DNA from: an uncultured delta proteobacterium
Lineage (GTDB): Bacteria; Desulfobacterota; Binatia; UBA9968
NCBI GenBank assembly: GCA_963727625.1
Contig: CAVSHR010000005.1
Coordinates: 416,001-480,000, forward strand
Length of the DNA stretch: 64,000 nucleotides
Reading direction: 5' to 3'
A program made the translations under genes and the position numbers. This document shows, in pieces, positions 29,952-42,350 of the stretch (within the stretch, counting starts at the first letter, position 1; the number at the start of each line of letters is the position of its first letter). The notes below the pieces were generated by a model. That model saw only the letters and a program-made list of their open reading frames with translations, had not been told where the DNA came from and did no database searches.

Positions 29952-30782
29952 ATGAACACGCAACTTTGCACTTTCAAAACCGCCGACAATGAACGATTAC
30001 ACGGCCTGCTGTTCACCCCCCAGACAGCGCACAAGGATCGCGCTTTGTTATTTGTGCACGGCGTGGCGATGAATTTTTATCTGCCGCCGCTGTCGGTGTT
30101 CGGCCAGGAATTGGCGCAACGAGGCTTTCACAGCTTCGTGATCAACACTCGCGGCCACGATTGGATCTCGCGCGCCGGCAACTTGACCAAGTTCGGCGGC
30201 TCCGCTTATGAAACTCTCGAAGAGTGTCTTCCCGACCTCGACGGCGCTCTCGGCTATCTCCAAGAGCGTGGCTACCGCCGTTTCGTCCTGATCGGCCACA
30301 GCCTCGGCGCCATCAAGTCGATTATCTATCAGGGCAGGCGCCGGCGTGCCGATATCGCGGCCGTCGTCTCTTGCTCTGCACCGCGCCAGTTTTTTTCCGA
30401 ACGGGTGGCGCGCCAACCGGGGTTTCGCGAGGTCATCGAAAAGGCCGAAGCGATGATCGCGGCAGGCGATAGCGAAGAATTATTGACGGTGGGCGTCGGC
30501 TCCACACCCGGCATTTTCACCGCCCGCACCCATGTGAACAAGTACGGCCGCGACGATCGCAACGATTGCCGCCCCTACGCCAGGCTGCTTGGCTGCCCGC
30601 TGCTCGCCATCGTCGGAAGCGCGGAGCCCAGGTTTTTTCACGAATACGCCGAAGAAATCGTTGCCGCCGCGGCGCCGCGCGGCACTTGCAGGGTGGTGCA
30701 GGGGGCCAATCACTTTTACAACCGGCACACGCTTGAGATCGTCGCGATTATCGATCAATGGCTGCGACAAGCGATCGACTAG
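29952..30782 (+). CDS. Alpha/beta hydrolase (DUF1749-like)
   Basis: LFVHG, NTRGHD, GHSLG, GANHFY. Confidence 0.85.
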   Translation: MNTQLCTFKTADNERLHGLLFTPQTAHKDRALLFVHGVAMNFYLPPLSVFGQELAQRGFHSFVINTRGHDWISRAGNLTKFGGSAYETLEECLPDLDGALGYLQERGYRRFVLIGHSLGAIKSIIYQGRRRRADIAAVVSCSAPRQFFSERVARQPGFREVIEKAEAMIAAGDSEELLTVGVGSTPGIFTARTHVNKYGRDDRNDCRPYARLLGCPLLAIVGSAEPRFFHEYAEEIVAAAAPRGTCRVVQGANHFYNRHTLEIVAIIDQWLRQAID

Positions 30783-30830
30783 TCAGTGAACGGGCGCGCC
30801 ACGCTTAGCTGAACGAAAAAGAATTTGGAT

Positions 30831-31637
30831 ATGCCCTACCTGAAACGAAGTGATGCAGAAATTTACTACGAGACCCACGGCGATGGCCCTCCGTTGTTGC
30901 TTTGCAGCGTCACCGGCCTGGACCACCAGGCTTGGAAGTTTCACCAAATCCCGGAGTTTTCGCGCGATCATCGGGTGATCGTTTTCGACTACCGCGGCAC
31001 CGGCAAGTCGAGCAAGACGGTGCAGAAATATTCGATCAAAATGTTCACCGACGACACCGCGGCCTTGCTCGATCATTTGAACGTCGAACAAGGGGTCGTC
31101 TGCGGGCACAGCATGGGCGGCGTCGTGGCGCAGTTGCTCACTCTCGATTATCCGCAAAAAGTTAAGAAACTCATCCTCGCCTCCAGTGGCACCGCCCACC
31201 CTGGTGCGCGGGGCATCCCTCTCTCCATGTGCCGCGACATGGTGCTCGGGGGCTTCGAAGGCTATATCCGCAAGCACACTATCGAAACCGGCTGGACCAA
31301 GGAATTCGTCAAGACCCACCCCGAGCGGATCGAAACTTTCCTGCAGGTGAGGATGTCCGGCATCGCGCCGCTGGAGAATTATCTCCATTTCGTCCTGGCG
31401 CGCCAGGAGCACGATCACACGGACCGTCTGAAAGAAATACAAGTTCCGACACTCGTCCTGGTCGGCGACGACGAGAATCACGGTGCCACCGACAACACCC
31501 ATTGGAGCGCCGCGCATCAGCTGGCGCGCGCGATCCCGAATGCCAAGCTGGTGGCGTTACCCGGCGAGGGGCATCACTATTTGGCAACTCATCCGGCGGC
31601 GGCGCACGAGGCAATTCGAGAATTTATCAATTCTTAG
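30831..31637 (+). CDS. Alpha/beta hydrolase (enol-lactone hydrolase-like)
   Basis: FDYRGTGKS, GHSMGG, LVGDDE, GEGH. Confidence 0.9.
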   Translation: MPYLKRSDAEIYYETHGDGPPLLLCSVTGLDHQAWKFHQIPEFSRDHRVIVFDYRGTGKSSKTVQKYSIKMFTDDTAALLDHLNVEQGVVCGHSMGGVVAQLLTLDYPQKVKKLILASSGTAHPGARGIPLSMCRDMVLGGFEGYIRKHTIETGWTKEFVKTHPERIETFLQVRMSGIAPLENYLHFVLARQEHDHTDRLKEIQVPTLVLVGDDENHGATDNTHWSAAHQLARAIPNAKLVALPGEGHHYLATHPAAAHEAIREFINS

Positions 31638-31798
31638 AAATATCTATGGCGATGACGAGGGTAGGACAAAAATAAACGAGTCTAAATTCCGCTATAAGCC
31701 GGAATGATCGGACCAAATTCGATCGTGCTCTTGAGTCAGAGCCTTAGCCACTTCGGGATGGATCCGAGAAAGCAACGGTCGGTATCGCTTTTCACTTT

Positions 31799-33733
31799 AT
31801 GACAACAACCATCTCGCCCTACGGTTCATGGAAATCGCCAATCACAGCTGACCTTGTCGGCAGCGGTGAAATCGGACTGGAACAAGTCCGGATCGACGGC
31901 GACGAAATTTTTTGGATCGAGCGTCGCGCTAATGAGGCTGGGAGAAAAGTCATTATCCGGCGTTCAAGCGACGGCGAAGCTGCCGACGTAACACCGACAG
32001 GATTCAATGCTCGTACACGCGTACACGAATACGGCGGCGGCGATTACGCGGTTTCCAACGGAACTGTGGTTTTTTCCAATTTCTCCGACCAGCGTCTTTA
32101 TCGCCAAAAACTTGGCTCTGAACCGAGGCCATTTACCCCACAGGCCGCGCTGCGCTACGCCGATGGTCAAATCGATCGACGCAGAAATCTTTTTTACTGC
32201 GTGCGCGAAGATCACTCTATTGCGGGTGAAGCTGCCAATACGATCGTGCGGGTCGATCTCGCCAATGGCGGCGCCAGCACAATCGTGGTGTCGGGAGGCG
32301 ACTTTTATTCATCGCCCCGCCTCAGTCCCGACGGTGCTCAACTGGCGTGGCTTACCTGGAATCATCCCAACATGCCGTGGGACGGCACGGAGCTTTGGAT
32401 CGGCAAACTTAACGAAGACGGTTCGATCACCGAAAAAAAACGGATCGCCGGTGGCATCGATGAATCTATTTTTCAACCGGAGTGGTCGCCGGACGGTATT
32501 CTCCACTTTGTATCCGACCGCACCGGCTGGTGGAACCTTTACCGGTGGAGTGAAAACACCATCGAACCGCTCTATCCGATGGAAGCGGAGTTCGGCCAGC
32601 CGCAGTGGGTTTTTGGCGCCTCGCTCTACGGTTTCGCATCGGAAAAACAAATCGTCTGCCGCTACAGCAAGAACGGTCGCGACTATCTCGCTACGCTCGA
32701 CACATCAACGAAAACCTTGCGGGATATCGATCTCCCCTATTCCGCCATTTCGCAAGTCCGCGTTGCAGCCGACCGAGTGGCTTTCATCGGCGCGTCGGCA
32801 TCCGAGTCGAGTGCCGTCGTAACTTTGGATTTGACGACGCAAGAACCGGTGGTGTTACGCCGATCGCGCGGGACCACAGTTGACGCCAGCTGCTTGTCCG
32901 AAGCGCACGCCATCGAGTTCCCCACTGAACACGGTCTAACCGCGCATGGATATTTCTATTCAGCGAAGAACCGCGATTACGCCGCATCTGTAAACGAAAA
33001 ACCGCCGCTGTTGGTCATGAGCCACGGCGGGCCGACCTCGTCGAGCTCGGGCTCGCTCAAATACTCGATCCAGTTCTGGACTAGCCGAGGGATTGCGGTG
33101 CTCGACGTCAATTACGGCGGCAGCTCCGGCTACGGCCGCGCCTATCGCGAAAGATTGAATGGCAACTGGGGCATCGTCGACGTCGACGACTGCGCCAACG
33201 GCGCGCGCTATCTCGCCGAACGCGGCGAAGTCGACGGCAACCGCCTGGCGATCCGCGGCGGCAGCGCCGGCGGCTACACGACGCTTTGCGCGCTGACGTT
33301 CCGTGATGTGTTCAAGGCCGGCGCGAGTCACTACGGCATCAGCGACCTCGAAGCGCTCGCCAAGGACACCCACAAGTTCGAGTCGCGCTATATGGATCGA
33401 CTGATCGGCCCCTACCCCGAGCGCCGCGATCTTTACATCGCCCGCTCGCCAATTCACTTCACCAACCGATTAAATTGCGCCATGATTCTTTTCCAGGGTT
33501 TGGAAGATAAAGTGGTTCCGCCCAATCAAGCCGAAAAGATGGTCGAAGCCGTGCGCGTTGCGAAACTGCCCGTGGCCTATCTCACCTTCGAGGGCGAGCA
33601 GCACGGCTTTCGCAAAGCGGAAAACATCAAACGCGTGTTGGAAGCGGAACTGTATTTCTATTCAAGAGTATTTTCCTTCGAATTGGCGGAGCCGGTAGAG
33701 CCTGTCGATATTCAAAACCTGCAGGCGAAGTAA
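31799..33733 (+). CDS. S9 prolyl oligopeptidase-family peptidase
   Basis: PYGSWKSPI, propeller region, HGGP, GGSAGG, DKVVPP, EQHGF triad. Confidence 0.93.
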   Translation: MTTTISPYGSWKSPITADLVGSGEIGLEQVRIDGDEIFWIERRANEAGRKVIIRRSSDGEAADVTPTGFNARTRVHEYGGGDYAVSNGTVVFSNFSDQRLYRQKLGSEPRPFTPQAALRYADGQIDRRRNLFYCVREDHSIAGEAANTIVRVDLANGGASTIVVSGGDFYSSPRLSPDGAQLAWLTWNHPNMPWDGTELWIGKLNEDGSITEKKRIAGGIDESIFQPEWSPDGILHFVSDRTGWWNLYRWSENTIEPLYPMEAEFGQPQWVFGASLYGFASEKQIVCRYSKNGRDYLATLDTSTKTLRDIDLPYSAISQVRVAADRVAFIGASASESSAVVTLDLTTQEPVVLRRSRGTTVDASCLSEAHAIEFPTEHGLTAHGYFYSAKNRDYAASVNEKPPLLVMSHGGPTSSSSGSLKYSIQFWTSRGIAVLDVNYGGSSGYGRAYRERLNGNWGIVDVDDCANGARYLAERGEVDGNRLAIRGGSAGGYTTLCALTFRDVFKAGASHYGISDLEALAKDTHKFESRYMDRLIGPYPERRDLYIARSPIHFTNRLNCAMILFQGLEDKVVPPNQAEKMVEAVRVAKLPVAYLTFEGEQHGFRKAENIKRVLEAELYFYSRVFSFELAEPVEPVDIQNLQAK

Positions 33734-34429
33734 ATGGACCGCCGCGTGATTATATTCGATCTTTTCGGCACGTTAGTTGACGGCTTCGTGTCGGTCGCGG
33801 GCCAGACACAAGAACAATTCGCCGCGATTCTCGGCGTTCCATATGAACCATTCACAAAACTATGGCGGGAGATAACCGGGCGACGGACAATGGGCGAGTT
33901 TCAGACTATCGAAGCCAGCATCCGGCATGTCTGCGGCGCGCTCGGTGCGGCGGTGAATGCCGAGCAAATGGCCAGAGGGGTCGAATTTCGCCTGGAATAC
34001 ACCAGGCTTGCTCTCACGCCCAAACCGGATGCGGTCGCAACGTTACAGGAACTTAAACAGACAGGTTTCAAGGTCGGCCTGCTCAGTAACTGCTCCATCG
34101 AAATTCCTATCCTCTGGCCAGAAACTGAATTTGCACAGCTAATCAAAAACCCGATCTTCTCTTCCCGCGAACGTTTGAAGAAACCGGACCCGCGAATCTA
34201 TCATCTCGCCTGCGAGCGCTTGGGCGTCGCTCCAGAAGACTGCCTTTACATCGCCGACGGCGAGAATTTCGAGCTCACCGCCGCGGCCGAGATCGGCATG
34301 CATCCCGTATTGATTCGGGATTCGTCACAGGAAGATAGCAAGGAAGTACTTCGAGAAGCTCGAGAATGGCGCGGCGTTACGATTCAGTCTCTGGCTGAAG
34401 TTCCAATCTTATTAAGCGATCACCGGTAA
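33734..34429 (+). CDS. HAD-superfamily hydrolase
   Basis: FDLFGTL, LLSN, KKPDP, YIADG. Confidence 0.88.
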   Translation: MDRRVIIFDLFGTLVDGFVSVAGQTQEQFAAILGVPYEPFTKLWREITGRRTMGEFQTIEASIRHVCGALGAAVNAEQMARGVEFRLEYTRLALTPKPDAVATLQELKQTGFKVGLLSNCSIEIPILWPETEFAQLIKNPIFSSRERLKKPDPRIYHLACERLGVAPEDCLYIADGENFELTAAAEIGMHPVLIRDSSQEDSKEVLREAREWRGVTIQSLAEVPILLSDHR

Positions 34430-34434
34430 AAATA

Positions 34435-35133
34435 TTGAATGTGAATTCCTCCATCTTCTTTGATCTAGACGGCACTATCAGCGACCCCCGAATAGGCATC
34501 ATTCGCTGCCTGCAATATTCGCTCAAGGAATTGAGCCACACAATACCGTCCGAGGACCAGCTCCTCCGTTTCATCGGCCCACCGCTTTTCGATAGCTTCG
34601 CCACCTTGCTTGATTCCAACGACAGGAATTTGATTGAGCGAGCGGTTGAGCTATATCGAGATCGTTTCTCTTCGCAGGGCATGTTCGAGAACTCGCTTTA
34701 TCCAGGAATTACTGACGCGCTGGCGGCGCTGCATCACGAGCGCTTTCGTCTCTACGTCGTGACAACGAAGCCGACGGTATTTGCCTGCCGGATTCTCGAC
34801 TACTTTGGGATCGCGGAATTCTTTTTCGCGGTTTACGGAAGCGAGCTGGATGGTACCAGATCTGACAAGCGGCAATTGATCGCCCATGTCCTTGAGAAAG
34901 AGCAAATTCACCCGACGGAGGCCGTAATGGTCGGCGACCGCGAGCACGACATCAAGGGCGCTCTAGCGAACGGAGTTTTCCCCATTGGCGTCCTTTGGGG
35001 CTACGGTTCGCGAGAGGAACTGACAGAAGTAGGAGCAACGGTGCTGTTGGAAACTCCCCGTCTACTAACCAAGGAGGAATTGCTTCGTCATCAACCGTCG
35101 CTCACGGCTTTCCAAGCTTCACCCCGAAGTTAG
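34435..35133 (+). CDS. HAD-superfamily hydrolase (phosphoglycolate phosphatase / nucleotidase-like)
   Basis: FDLDGT, FIGPPL, VTTKP, MVGDREHD, WGYG. Confidence 0.9.
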   Translation: MNVNSSIFFDLDGTISDPRIGIIRCLQYSLKELSHTIPSEDQLLRFIGPPLFDSFATLLDSNDRNLIERAVELYRDRFSSQGMFENSLYPGITDALAALHHERFRLYVVTTKPTVFACRILDYFGIAEFFFAVYGSELDGTRSDKRQLIAHVLEKEQIHPTEAVMVGDREHDIKGALANGVFPIGVLWGYGSREELTEVGATVLLETPRLLTKEELLRHQPSLTAFQASPRS

Positions 35134-35195
35134 AGTGCTGACGGTGAAGAGACGAGTAGGGTTTTGACCGACTCGGCAGCCAGCGACTCGATCCC

Positions 35196-35915
35196 ATGTC
35201 CTACGAGAAATTTTCAAGATATTACGACCTGGTCATGGGCGACCGGTCGGATGCGGCTCGGTACATCGCCGGCCTCATCGCTGATCATATGCCCGACGCA
35301 AAGACGGTGCTGGAGATCGCCTGCGGCACCGGCACCATATCGGGCAAGCTCTCGGCATCCTACGAAGTCACCGGCCTGGATTGGTCCAAGCCGATGCTCG
35401 CGCTGGCACGGAAGAAGCTTCCTCATGTGCGCTTATTCCGACAAGACATGACCAGCTTTCGAATCGGCCGGCGCTTTGACGTCATCGTTTGCGCGTTCGA
35501 CTCGATCAATCACCTCCTTCGCTTCAACGACTGGGAGAGAACTGTTCACTCCGTCAAGCGGCATCTGAACACCGGCGGAATATTTATCTTCGACGTCAAC
35601 ACCCTGGGCAAGCTGCAGCGACTCACTGAAGGCCCTGCCTGGGAGAACTGGTTTGACCGGGATCTGGTCGTCATCAAAGTCACTCGCGGCCGGCGAAATA
35701 AATTTATCTGGGACGTGAAAATCTTCGAACATCAAGGGCGGGATCGCTACCGGTTGATCCATGAAGAAATTCCCGAGGCCGCGTTTCCGCTGCGGCGGAT
35801 TCTGGCGGCCCTTCGCGCCCGCTTCACTCGTGTCAAAGTTCTCGATCCCTTCGGGGCAAAGGCTTCGGATCGATCCGAGCGGCTTTATTTCATCTGCAAA
35901 GCCAACGCCCGCTAG
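35196..35915 (+). CDS. Class I SAM-dependent methyltransferase
   Basis: VLEIACGTG, QDM, FDSINH, GGIFIFD. Confidence 0.9.
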   Translation: MSYEKFSRYYDLVMGDRSDAARYIAGLIADHMPDAKTVLEIACGTGTISGKLSASYEVTGLDWSKPMLALARKKLPHVRLFRQDMTSFRIGRRFDVIVCAFDSINHLLRFNDWERTVHSVKRHLNTGGIFIFDVNTLGKLQRLTEGPAWENWFDRDLVVIKVTRGRRNKFIWDVKIFEHQGRDRYRLIHEEIPEAAFPLRRILAALRARFTRVKVLDPFGAKASDRSERLYFICKANAR

Positions 35916-36012
35916 GAGGATCGATAACCTCCGCGGTTTCTGTTCCGTTTGATCGACGGCCTGTGCTAATCTCTGTTCAAAATAAAAATATTTCTGGAGC
36001 TGTCACGGAAAG

Positions 36013-37185
<1,173 letters not shown>

Positions 37186-37188
37186 GGA

Positions 37189-37257
37189 TCGTGGTCGTGA
37201 TTCGTGCTCGTGAACTACGATTCGACCAACAAACACGAATCACGGTCACGAACACGA
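37189..37257. repeat. Inverted repeat of tandem TCGTG / CACG(A) units (REP-like)
   Basis: tcgtggtcgtgattcgtgctcgtg-N21-cacgaatcacggtcacgaacacga directly after the argJ stop. Confidence 0.7.
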
Positions 37258-37302
37258 CGGTTTCAAGAGCAGCAACGCCCAGCCTACTGCGAGAGATAGA
37301 CC

Positions 37303-38475
37303 ATGGAAAGACAATTAAATGATTTTTTACTGAAGGGCGGTCGCCTCATCGATCCCGCCAGTGGTACGGACGGCCTTTTCGACCTTCGCGTACGCGACGG
37401 CAAGATCGACGCCATCGGCGCCAATCTCGATGCGAACGGCGCAGCAGTAATAGACGTCAAAGACCATATCGTCACGCCGGGCTTGATCGACGTGCATCTT
37501 CATTTGATGAAAGGACTCGGCGCCTTCGGCGTCGACCCGGATATATTCGGCGTCGGTTCCGGCGTGACGACGGTCGTCGACGCCGGCAGCGCGGGGCATA
37601 CGTTGCTCAATGTCTTTCGCAACTACGTCACCGATAACGCCAACACGCGGGTGCTGAATTACATAAATTTGTCCACGCTCGGCGGCGTGAGCGGGCCGGG
37701 ATACAGCATTCTCGCCGATCCGCGCCTAATCGATGAAGATAAAATTGAAAAAGCGGTCGAGACCAACCGAGATATCATCGTCGGCATCAAAATCATGGCC
37801 ACCGGCGGCGCGCTCGGCGCCCAGGGGTTAAAACCGCTGGAGCGCGCGCGCAAGCTCGGCGACGCTTTAAAGATTCCCCTGCTCGTCCATATCGGCGAGA
37901 GCTGGACCAAAGGCACCGAGCCGGTCGCCGTCGGCGACGTGCTCAAATATCTTCGCGCCGGCGACATCGTCACCCACATGTTTACGGTCCATCCCGGCGG
38001 TCTGCTCGACGCCAACGGCAAGCTCTGGCCGCAAGTGCGCGACGCCAAAGAATCCGGCGTGCTGATGGACGTCGGCCACGGCCTACATAATTTGAATTTC
38101 GACGTGGCACGAAAAGTTCTTGACCAGGGACTTCACCCCGACGGGGTTTCCACCGACGGCCACCGTGGCAACCGCGCCGGACCGGTTTATGATCTGCCGA
38201 CGACCATGGCGAAGTTGATGGCTTTGGGCTTTTCGCTGAATCAGGTGATCGAGATGGCAACGGCGAACGCCGCTAGACTCTTGGGCCGGGCCGGCGAGCT
38301 GGGCACACTCAATGTCGGCCAGCCCGCCGATATTTCGGTAATGAAAGTCGAAGATCATGAATGGAAAGCGGTGGATTCGCAGAAAGGAATCATCCCGGCG
38401 CACCAAACGATTTTGCCGGTGTACGCGATCCGCGGCGAAAAGATTTACGAGCCGTTAACCGTCGAACGGCCGTAG
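37303..38475 (+). CDS. Amidohydrolase/deacetylase-family metallohydrolase (dihydroorotase-like)
   Basis: PGLIDVHLH, VDAGSAG, GIK, VHIG, THMF, DVGHG, STD. Confidence 0.9.
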   Translation: MERQLNDFLLKGGRLIDPASGTDGLFDLRVRDGKIDAIGANLDANGAAVIDVKDHIVTPGLIDVHLHLMKGLGAFGVDPDIFGVGSGVTTVVDAGSAGHTLLNVFRNYVTDNANTRVLNYINLSTLGGVSGPGYSILADPRLIDEDKIEKAVETNRDIIVGIKIMATGGALGAQGLKPLERARKLGDALKIPLLVHIGESWTKGTEPVAVGDVLKYLRAGDIVTHMFTVHPGGLLDANGKLWPQVRDAKESGVLMDVGHGLHNLNFDVARKVLDQGLHPDGVSTDGHRGNRAGPVYDLPTTMAKLMALGFSLNQVIEMATANAARLLGRAGELGTLNVGQPADISVMKVEDHEWKAVDSQKGIIPAHQTILPVYAIRGEKIYEPLTVERP

Positions 38476-38479
38476 GTAT

Positions 38480-39070
38480 TTACCGCCTTCTTCTCCGCGT
38501 CGTCGTGCTACCGAAGATCGAGCCGAGCACGCCGCGGATAATTTCCCGCCCCACCTGGCTGCCGATGGCGCGCACGGCGCTCTTGCCGAACGCATCGAAT
38601 AGCGAGCCTACTTCAGTTCTTCCCCCGCTTCGCGCCGTAGTTTGCGCTTGGGTCGAGCTCGGTTCCGGGGCGCGCGCCTTGAGCATTTCGTAGGCCGATT
38701 CCCGGTCCAAAATTTCTTCATAGTGACCGTACAGCGTGGACTGCTTGATGATCTGCTCCCGCGCGCCTGCATCGAGCGGCGGCAGCTGGCTTTGCGGCGG
38801 ATAAATTAGCGCGCGATCGACCACCGTGGGTTGGCCCTTTTCATCGAGAAACGAGACCAAGGCCTCGCCGACGCCAAGCTCGGTGATCGCCGTTTCCACG
38901 TCGAAATCCTTATTCTGGCGAAAGGTCTGAGCCGCGGCCTTCACCGCCTTCTGGTCGCGCGGCGTGAAAGCTCGCAGGGCGTGTTGCACCCGATTGCCCA
39001 GCTGGCCGAGCACCACGTCGGGCAAATCGAGGGGATTTTGCGTGACGAAATAGACGCCGACACCCAGTGA
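38480..39070 (-). pseudogene. C-terminal fragment of a HerA-like ATPase (YjgR/DUF853)
   Basis: GVGVYFVTQNPLDLPDVVLGQLGNRVQHALRAF ... REIIRGVLGS; Walker A/B half absent. Confidence 0.85.
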
Positions 39071-39212
39071 GCCGACTGGACCTTATCGCTCCCTCGGATT
39101 TTTCCAGAAACGGGCCAGGATATCTGGCCCGTTTCTGTTTTTGGGTCCAGCTTTTTTTCTGTGGGCGCTTTTGCTATCCTGGGCGGAAATTTGCGAACGA
39201 GAGTGCTCGACC

Positions 39213-39923
39213 ATGGCTTCACATCCCGAAGTAACGATAGTTCACAGCTCCGATCTTCATCTTGGCACCGACGATAGCTTTAGCGACAAAGACCGCCTCG
39301 CGGTTCTCCCCAAGGTTTTGACCGCCGCTTCAGAAGTCAACGCGGACGTCGTCGTGCTCGCCGGCGATTCTTTTGACAACCACCGCCAGCCTCTAGAATT
39401 ACTCGAGCGCGCCGCGGAAATGTTGCGCGACTACCAAAAGCCGGTGGTCATTTTACCCGGAAACCACGATCCGCTGACGCCTGACTCGGTTTACCGCCGC
39501 GCCGACCTGGGGCTGATTCCCAATGTCAGCATTCTCGGCTTGAACGTTGACAAAGCCGTGATGTTTGAAGAATTCGAATTGGAAATTTGGGGACACGCCC
39601 ATTTCGATTACACCGACATGTCGCCGCTCGCCAATCCTCGGCCGCGCAGTTCGCGCTGGCAGCTCGCCGCTGCCCACGGTCATTATGTAGACGCCAGCAG
39701 GGACCCGAACCGGATGATCGGGTCATGGTTGATCCATCGCGAAGAGCTGGCCGCCACCGGCGCCGACTATGTCGCCCTCGGTCACTGGAACCAAGCGACC
39801 CCGGTTGGCGACGGGAAAATTACCGCGCACTACTCCGGCTCGCCGGAATACACCGGCACCGTCAATGTCGTGCGTTTTGCGGGCGACGGCAGCGTGCAAG
39901 TCGGCAAAGCGCCGCTGCGCTGA
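39213..39923 (+). CDS. SbcD/Mre11-like metallophosphoesterase (nuclease domain only)
   Basis: HSSDLHLG, LAGDSFD, PGNHD, AHGH, DYVALGHW, YSGSPE. Confidence 0.85.
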   Translation: MASHPEVTIVHSSDLHLGTDDSFSDKDRLAVLPKVLTAASEVNADVVVLAGDSFDNHRQPLELLERAAEMLRDYQKPVVILPGNHDPLTPDSVYRRADLGLIPNVSILGLNVDKAVMFEEFELEIWGHAHFDYTDMSPLANPRPRSSRWQLAAAHGHYVDASRDPNRMIGSWLIHREELAATGADYVALGHWNQATPVGDGKITAHYSGSPEYTGTVNVVRFAGDGSVQVGKAPLR

Positions 39924-39976
39924 CGACCTCCAGCGGCTCCCGTTTTATCTCCCCAATCAAAATATCCACCTCGTCG

Positions 39977-40963
39977 TTAAGCTGGAAGTAAAAGTCGGGC
40001 TTCATCGGCATCCACCACCGGATTCTTCGGCCGCTTACTTTCCAAAACCCGAATCACTTCCTGCGCCGCACCCCATTCGCCGCGCTCCGAGGCTTCCAGG
40101 GTTACCGCGCCCAAGTGCGGCGTCCACAGCACGTTGTCCAATTTGAAGAGCGGATGATCGTTCGCGGGCGGCTCGTTGGCGATGACATCCAAGGCCGCGC
40201 CCGCGATCTTGCCGCGCCGCAAAAGCCCGCAGAGAGCCTCTTCATCAACGATGCCGCCACGAGCGGCATTGATCAAAAACGCCGAGAACTTCATCGAGTC
40301 GAGTTCTTTCGCTCCGATCATTCCGCGGGTCTCGCGATTGAGCGGACAGTGAATCGTGACAAAGTCCGACTCTGCCAGCAATTCTTCCAGGCCGACATAC
40401 TTGCCGCCCAGCGCCGTCACGTGGGATTCCGGTATATACGGATCGTAAACTAATAAATCCATTTCGAACGCCCGCGCGCGCAGCGCAACACGCATACCGA
40501 TATTACCGAGGCCGACGATGCCGAGAGCTTTACCGGCCAATTCGGTGCCGATAAATTTGAGATAATCGCTCCAGCGATTCTCCTTTACCGCCCGGTTGGC
40601 GGCGTGGGTGTGGCGCACCAGCGCGATCATCTGGCTGAAGACCAGCTCGGCCACGGATACGGCGTTACTGCCGGGTTGGTTGGTTACCCAGATTTTTAAC
40701 TCTTTAGCGGCTTCGAGGTCGACGCGCGACGGATCGACGCCGACGCCGGTGCGGGCGATGATCTTGAGCCGCCCGCCGCTTCGGCGCATCTGTTCTCCGG
40801 TAATCTTGCCTTTCCGGCTGATGACGGCGTCGACCCGGGTGACTTCCAACTCCCAACGTTGCGGCTCCGTCCAAGGATTGACCACCACTAATTCGACGCG
40901 CTCGCGCAGCCATTTGAGCACTTCGGGTTGAAATTCTTCGACCAGCACTCGCGCCGTTGCCAT
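39977..40963 (-). CDS. D-2-hydroxyacid dehydrogenase (phosphoglycerate dehydrogenase-like)
   Basis: RTGVGVD, GLGNIG, INAARG, ALDV..EP, TPHLG. Confidence 0.92.
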   Translation of the reverse strand: MATARVLVEEFQPEVLKWLRERVELVVVNPWTEPQRWELEVTRVDAVISRKGKITGEQMRRSGGRLKIIARTGVGVDPSRVDLEAAKELKIWVTNQPGSNAVSVAELVFSQMIALVRHTHAANRAVKENRWSDYLKFIGTELAGKALGIVGLGNIGMRVALRARAFEMDLLVYDPYIPESHVTALGGKYVGLEELLAESDFVTIHCPLNRETRGMIGAKELDSMKFSAFLINAARGGIVDEEALCGLLRRGKIAGAALDVIANEPPANDHPLFKLDNVLWTPHLGAVTLEASERGEWGAAQEVIRVLESKRPKNPVVDADEARLLLPA

Positions 40964-41250
40964 AGCCTGCCTCCCATCGATTCGTACAGAGTGGTTTTCC
41001 AATCAACTATAGTAAGCCCGATTATACAATGCCGGCGCCTCGTTGTCCTTGACGCAGGCGCGCCACAACCTTTATATGCTAAAGGGCGGTTGGCGATTTG
41101 CGACGATTACGTCATACCTAGAATGTAGGAAACGAACACGGCACATGATCGGCCCGGCCGATGGATTTCTGAAACACGCCGTGCTAACTCAGCATCGGTA
41201 GAATGGCTAACCATAATGGCAAAGGGTTTCTTGGAAGGGAGCGTCCAACG

Positions 41251-42228
41251 ATGATCTGGATCCGATCGGTCGTTTTCGTTTGCATAGGTCTTTTGGCGCC
41301 GGTCGCTTCGGCCGAGCAGGTGCGAACCGCCATACCACGGTCAACACTCAATTACTTGAGCCTGGCGGTCGCCGAAGCGAAAGGATACTTTCGCGATCAA
41401 AATTTGGAAAATCAAACGATCGTAATACCGGGCACCACGGCGATTGCAGCACTGATTAGCGGCAATGTCGACTACAGTGGCGCCGGCGGATCCGGCATGC
41501 GCGCCGCCGTACGCGGCGCGCCGATCAAAGCGATTATGTTTCAAACTGATAAAGTTACCTGGTATCTCCTGGCGGCCAGCGACATTCAGAAGATTTCCGA
41601 CCTCAAGGGCAAGCGCGTCGCCGTCGGCACGATCGGCGATACGCAGGACGCCTTGATCACCCTGTTGGTGGAACGCGAAGGCCTCTCCAGCCGGGATATC
41701 CATCGCGTTGCCCTGCCGTCGCGCAACACAATGAACACGATTTTGTCGCTAAAAACCGGCGCCTTCAGCGCCGCCGTAGTCAACGCCGACGAGTCGTTAC
41801 TCGGCGAAAGAGCAGGTCTGCGCACCCTGGCTTTCATCGGTGACTTGTTTCCCTATCCCTTTCAAGGTTTTGTCGCCACCGATAAAATGATTGCCGAACG
41901 ACCCAATGATATAAAGCGCTGGCTGCGGGCGATGGCGCGAGCGTTGATGTTCATTCGCGATCAGCCCGAAGAAGCCGCCGACATCGCCAGAAAGAAAATT
42001 CCCATGGGCAAGGACATGACCCGACCTTTGGTCATCGAAGGCATCCGGCGTTTTGCCAAGGCATTACCGAACGGCGTACCCGGTCTGCCCAGCCCGCAGG
42101 GGATCAAAACCTTGATGAAGTACGACGTCGAAGCGCCGCTCAAGATCAAAGAAGACATCGCCCCGGGAAAAGTGCTGAGTTTGAAATTAATGCGCGAAGT
42201 CAAAGAAGAATTGGAAAGCAAGCGTTGA
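41251..42228 (+). CDS. ABC substrate-binding protein (NMT1/SsuA family)
   Basis: Signal peptide ASA, KGYFRDQNL, ALISGNVDY, DLKGKRVAVG. Confidence 0.88.
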   Translation: MIWIRSVVFVCIGLLAPVASAEQVRTAIPRSTLNYLSLAVAEAKGYFRDQNLENQTIVIPGTTAIAALISGNVDYSGAGGSGMRAAVRGAPIKAIMFQTDKVTWYLLAASDIQKISDLKGKRVAVGTIGDTQDALITLLVEREGLSSRDIHRVALPSRNTMNTILSLKTGAFSAAVVNADESLLGERAGLRTLAFIGDLFPYPFQGFVATDKMIAERPNDIKRWLRAMARALMFIRDQPEEAADIARKKIPMGKDMTRPLVIEGIRRFAKALPNGVPGLPSPQGIKTLMKYDVEAPLKIKEDIAPGKVLSLKLMREVKEELESKR

Positions 42229-42350
42229 TGGCGCTCCACACCTCGTCGCGACCGCGCCACGGCGAGCGGCGCGATTAACTGGCCGCGGACGGCAACCCTT
42301 TGTCGACCGGATCAGCGCTTCGACCCTAAAAACCGAGGAGTAGACTCGCT

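Noticed and set aside
37189-37257. CRISPR array
   Set aside because: Short inverted tandem units without repeat-spacer periodicity; no cas genes
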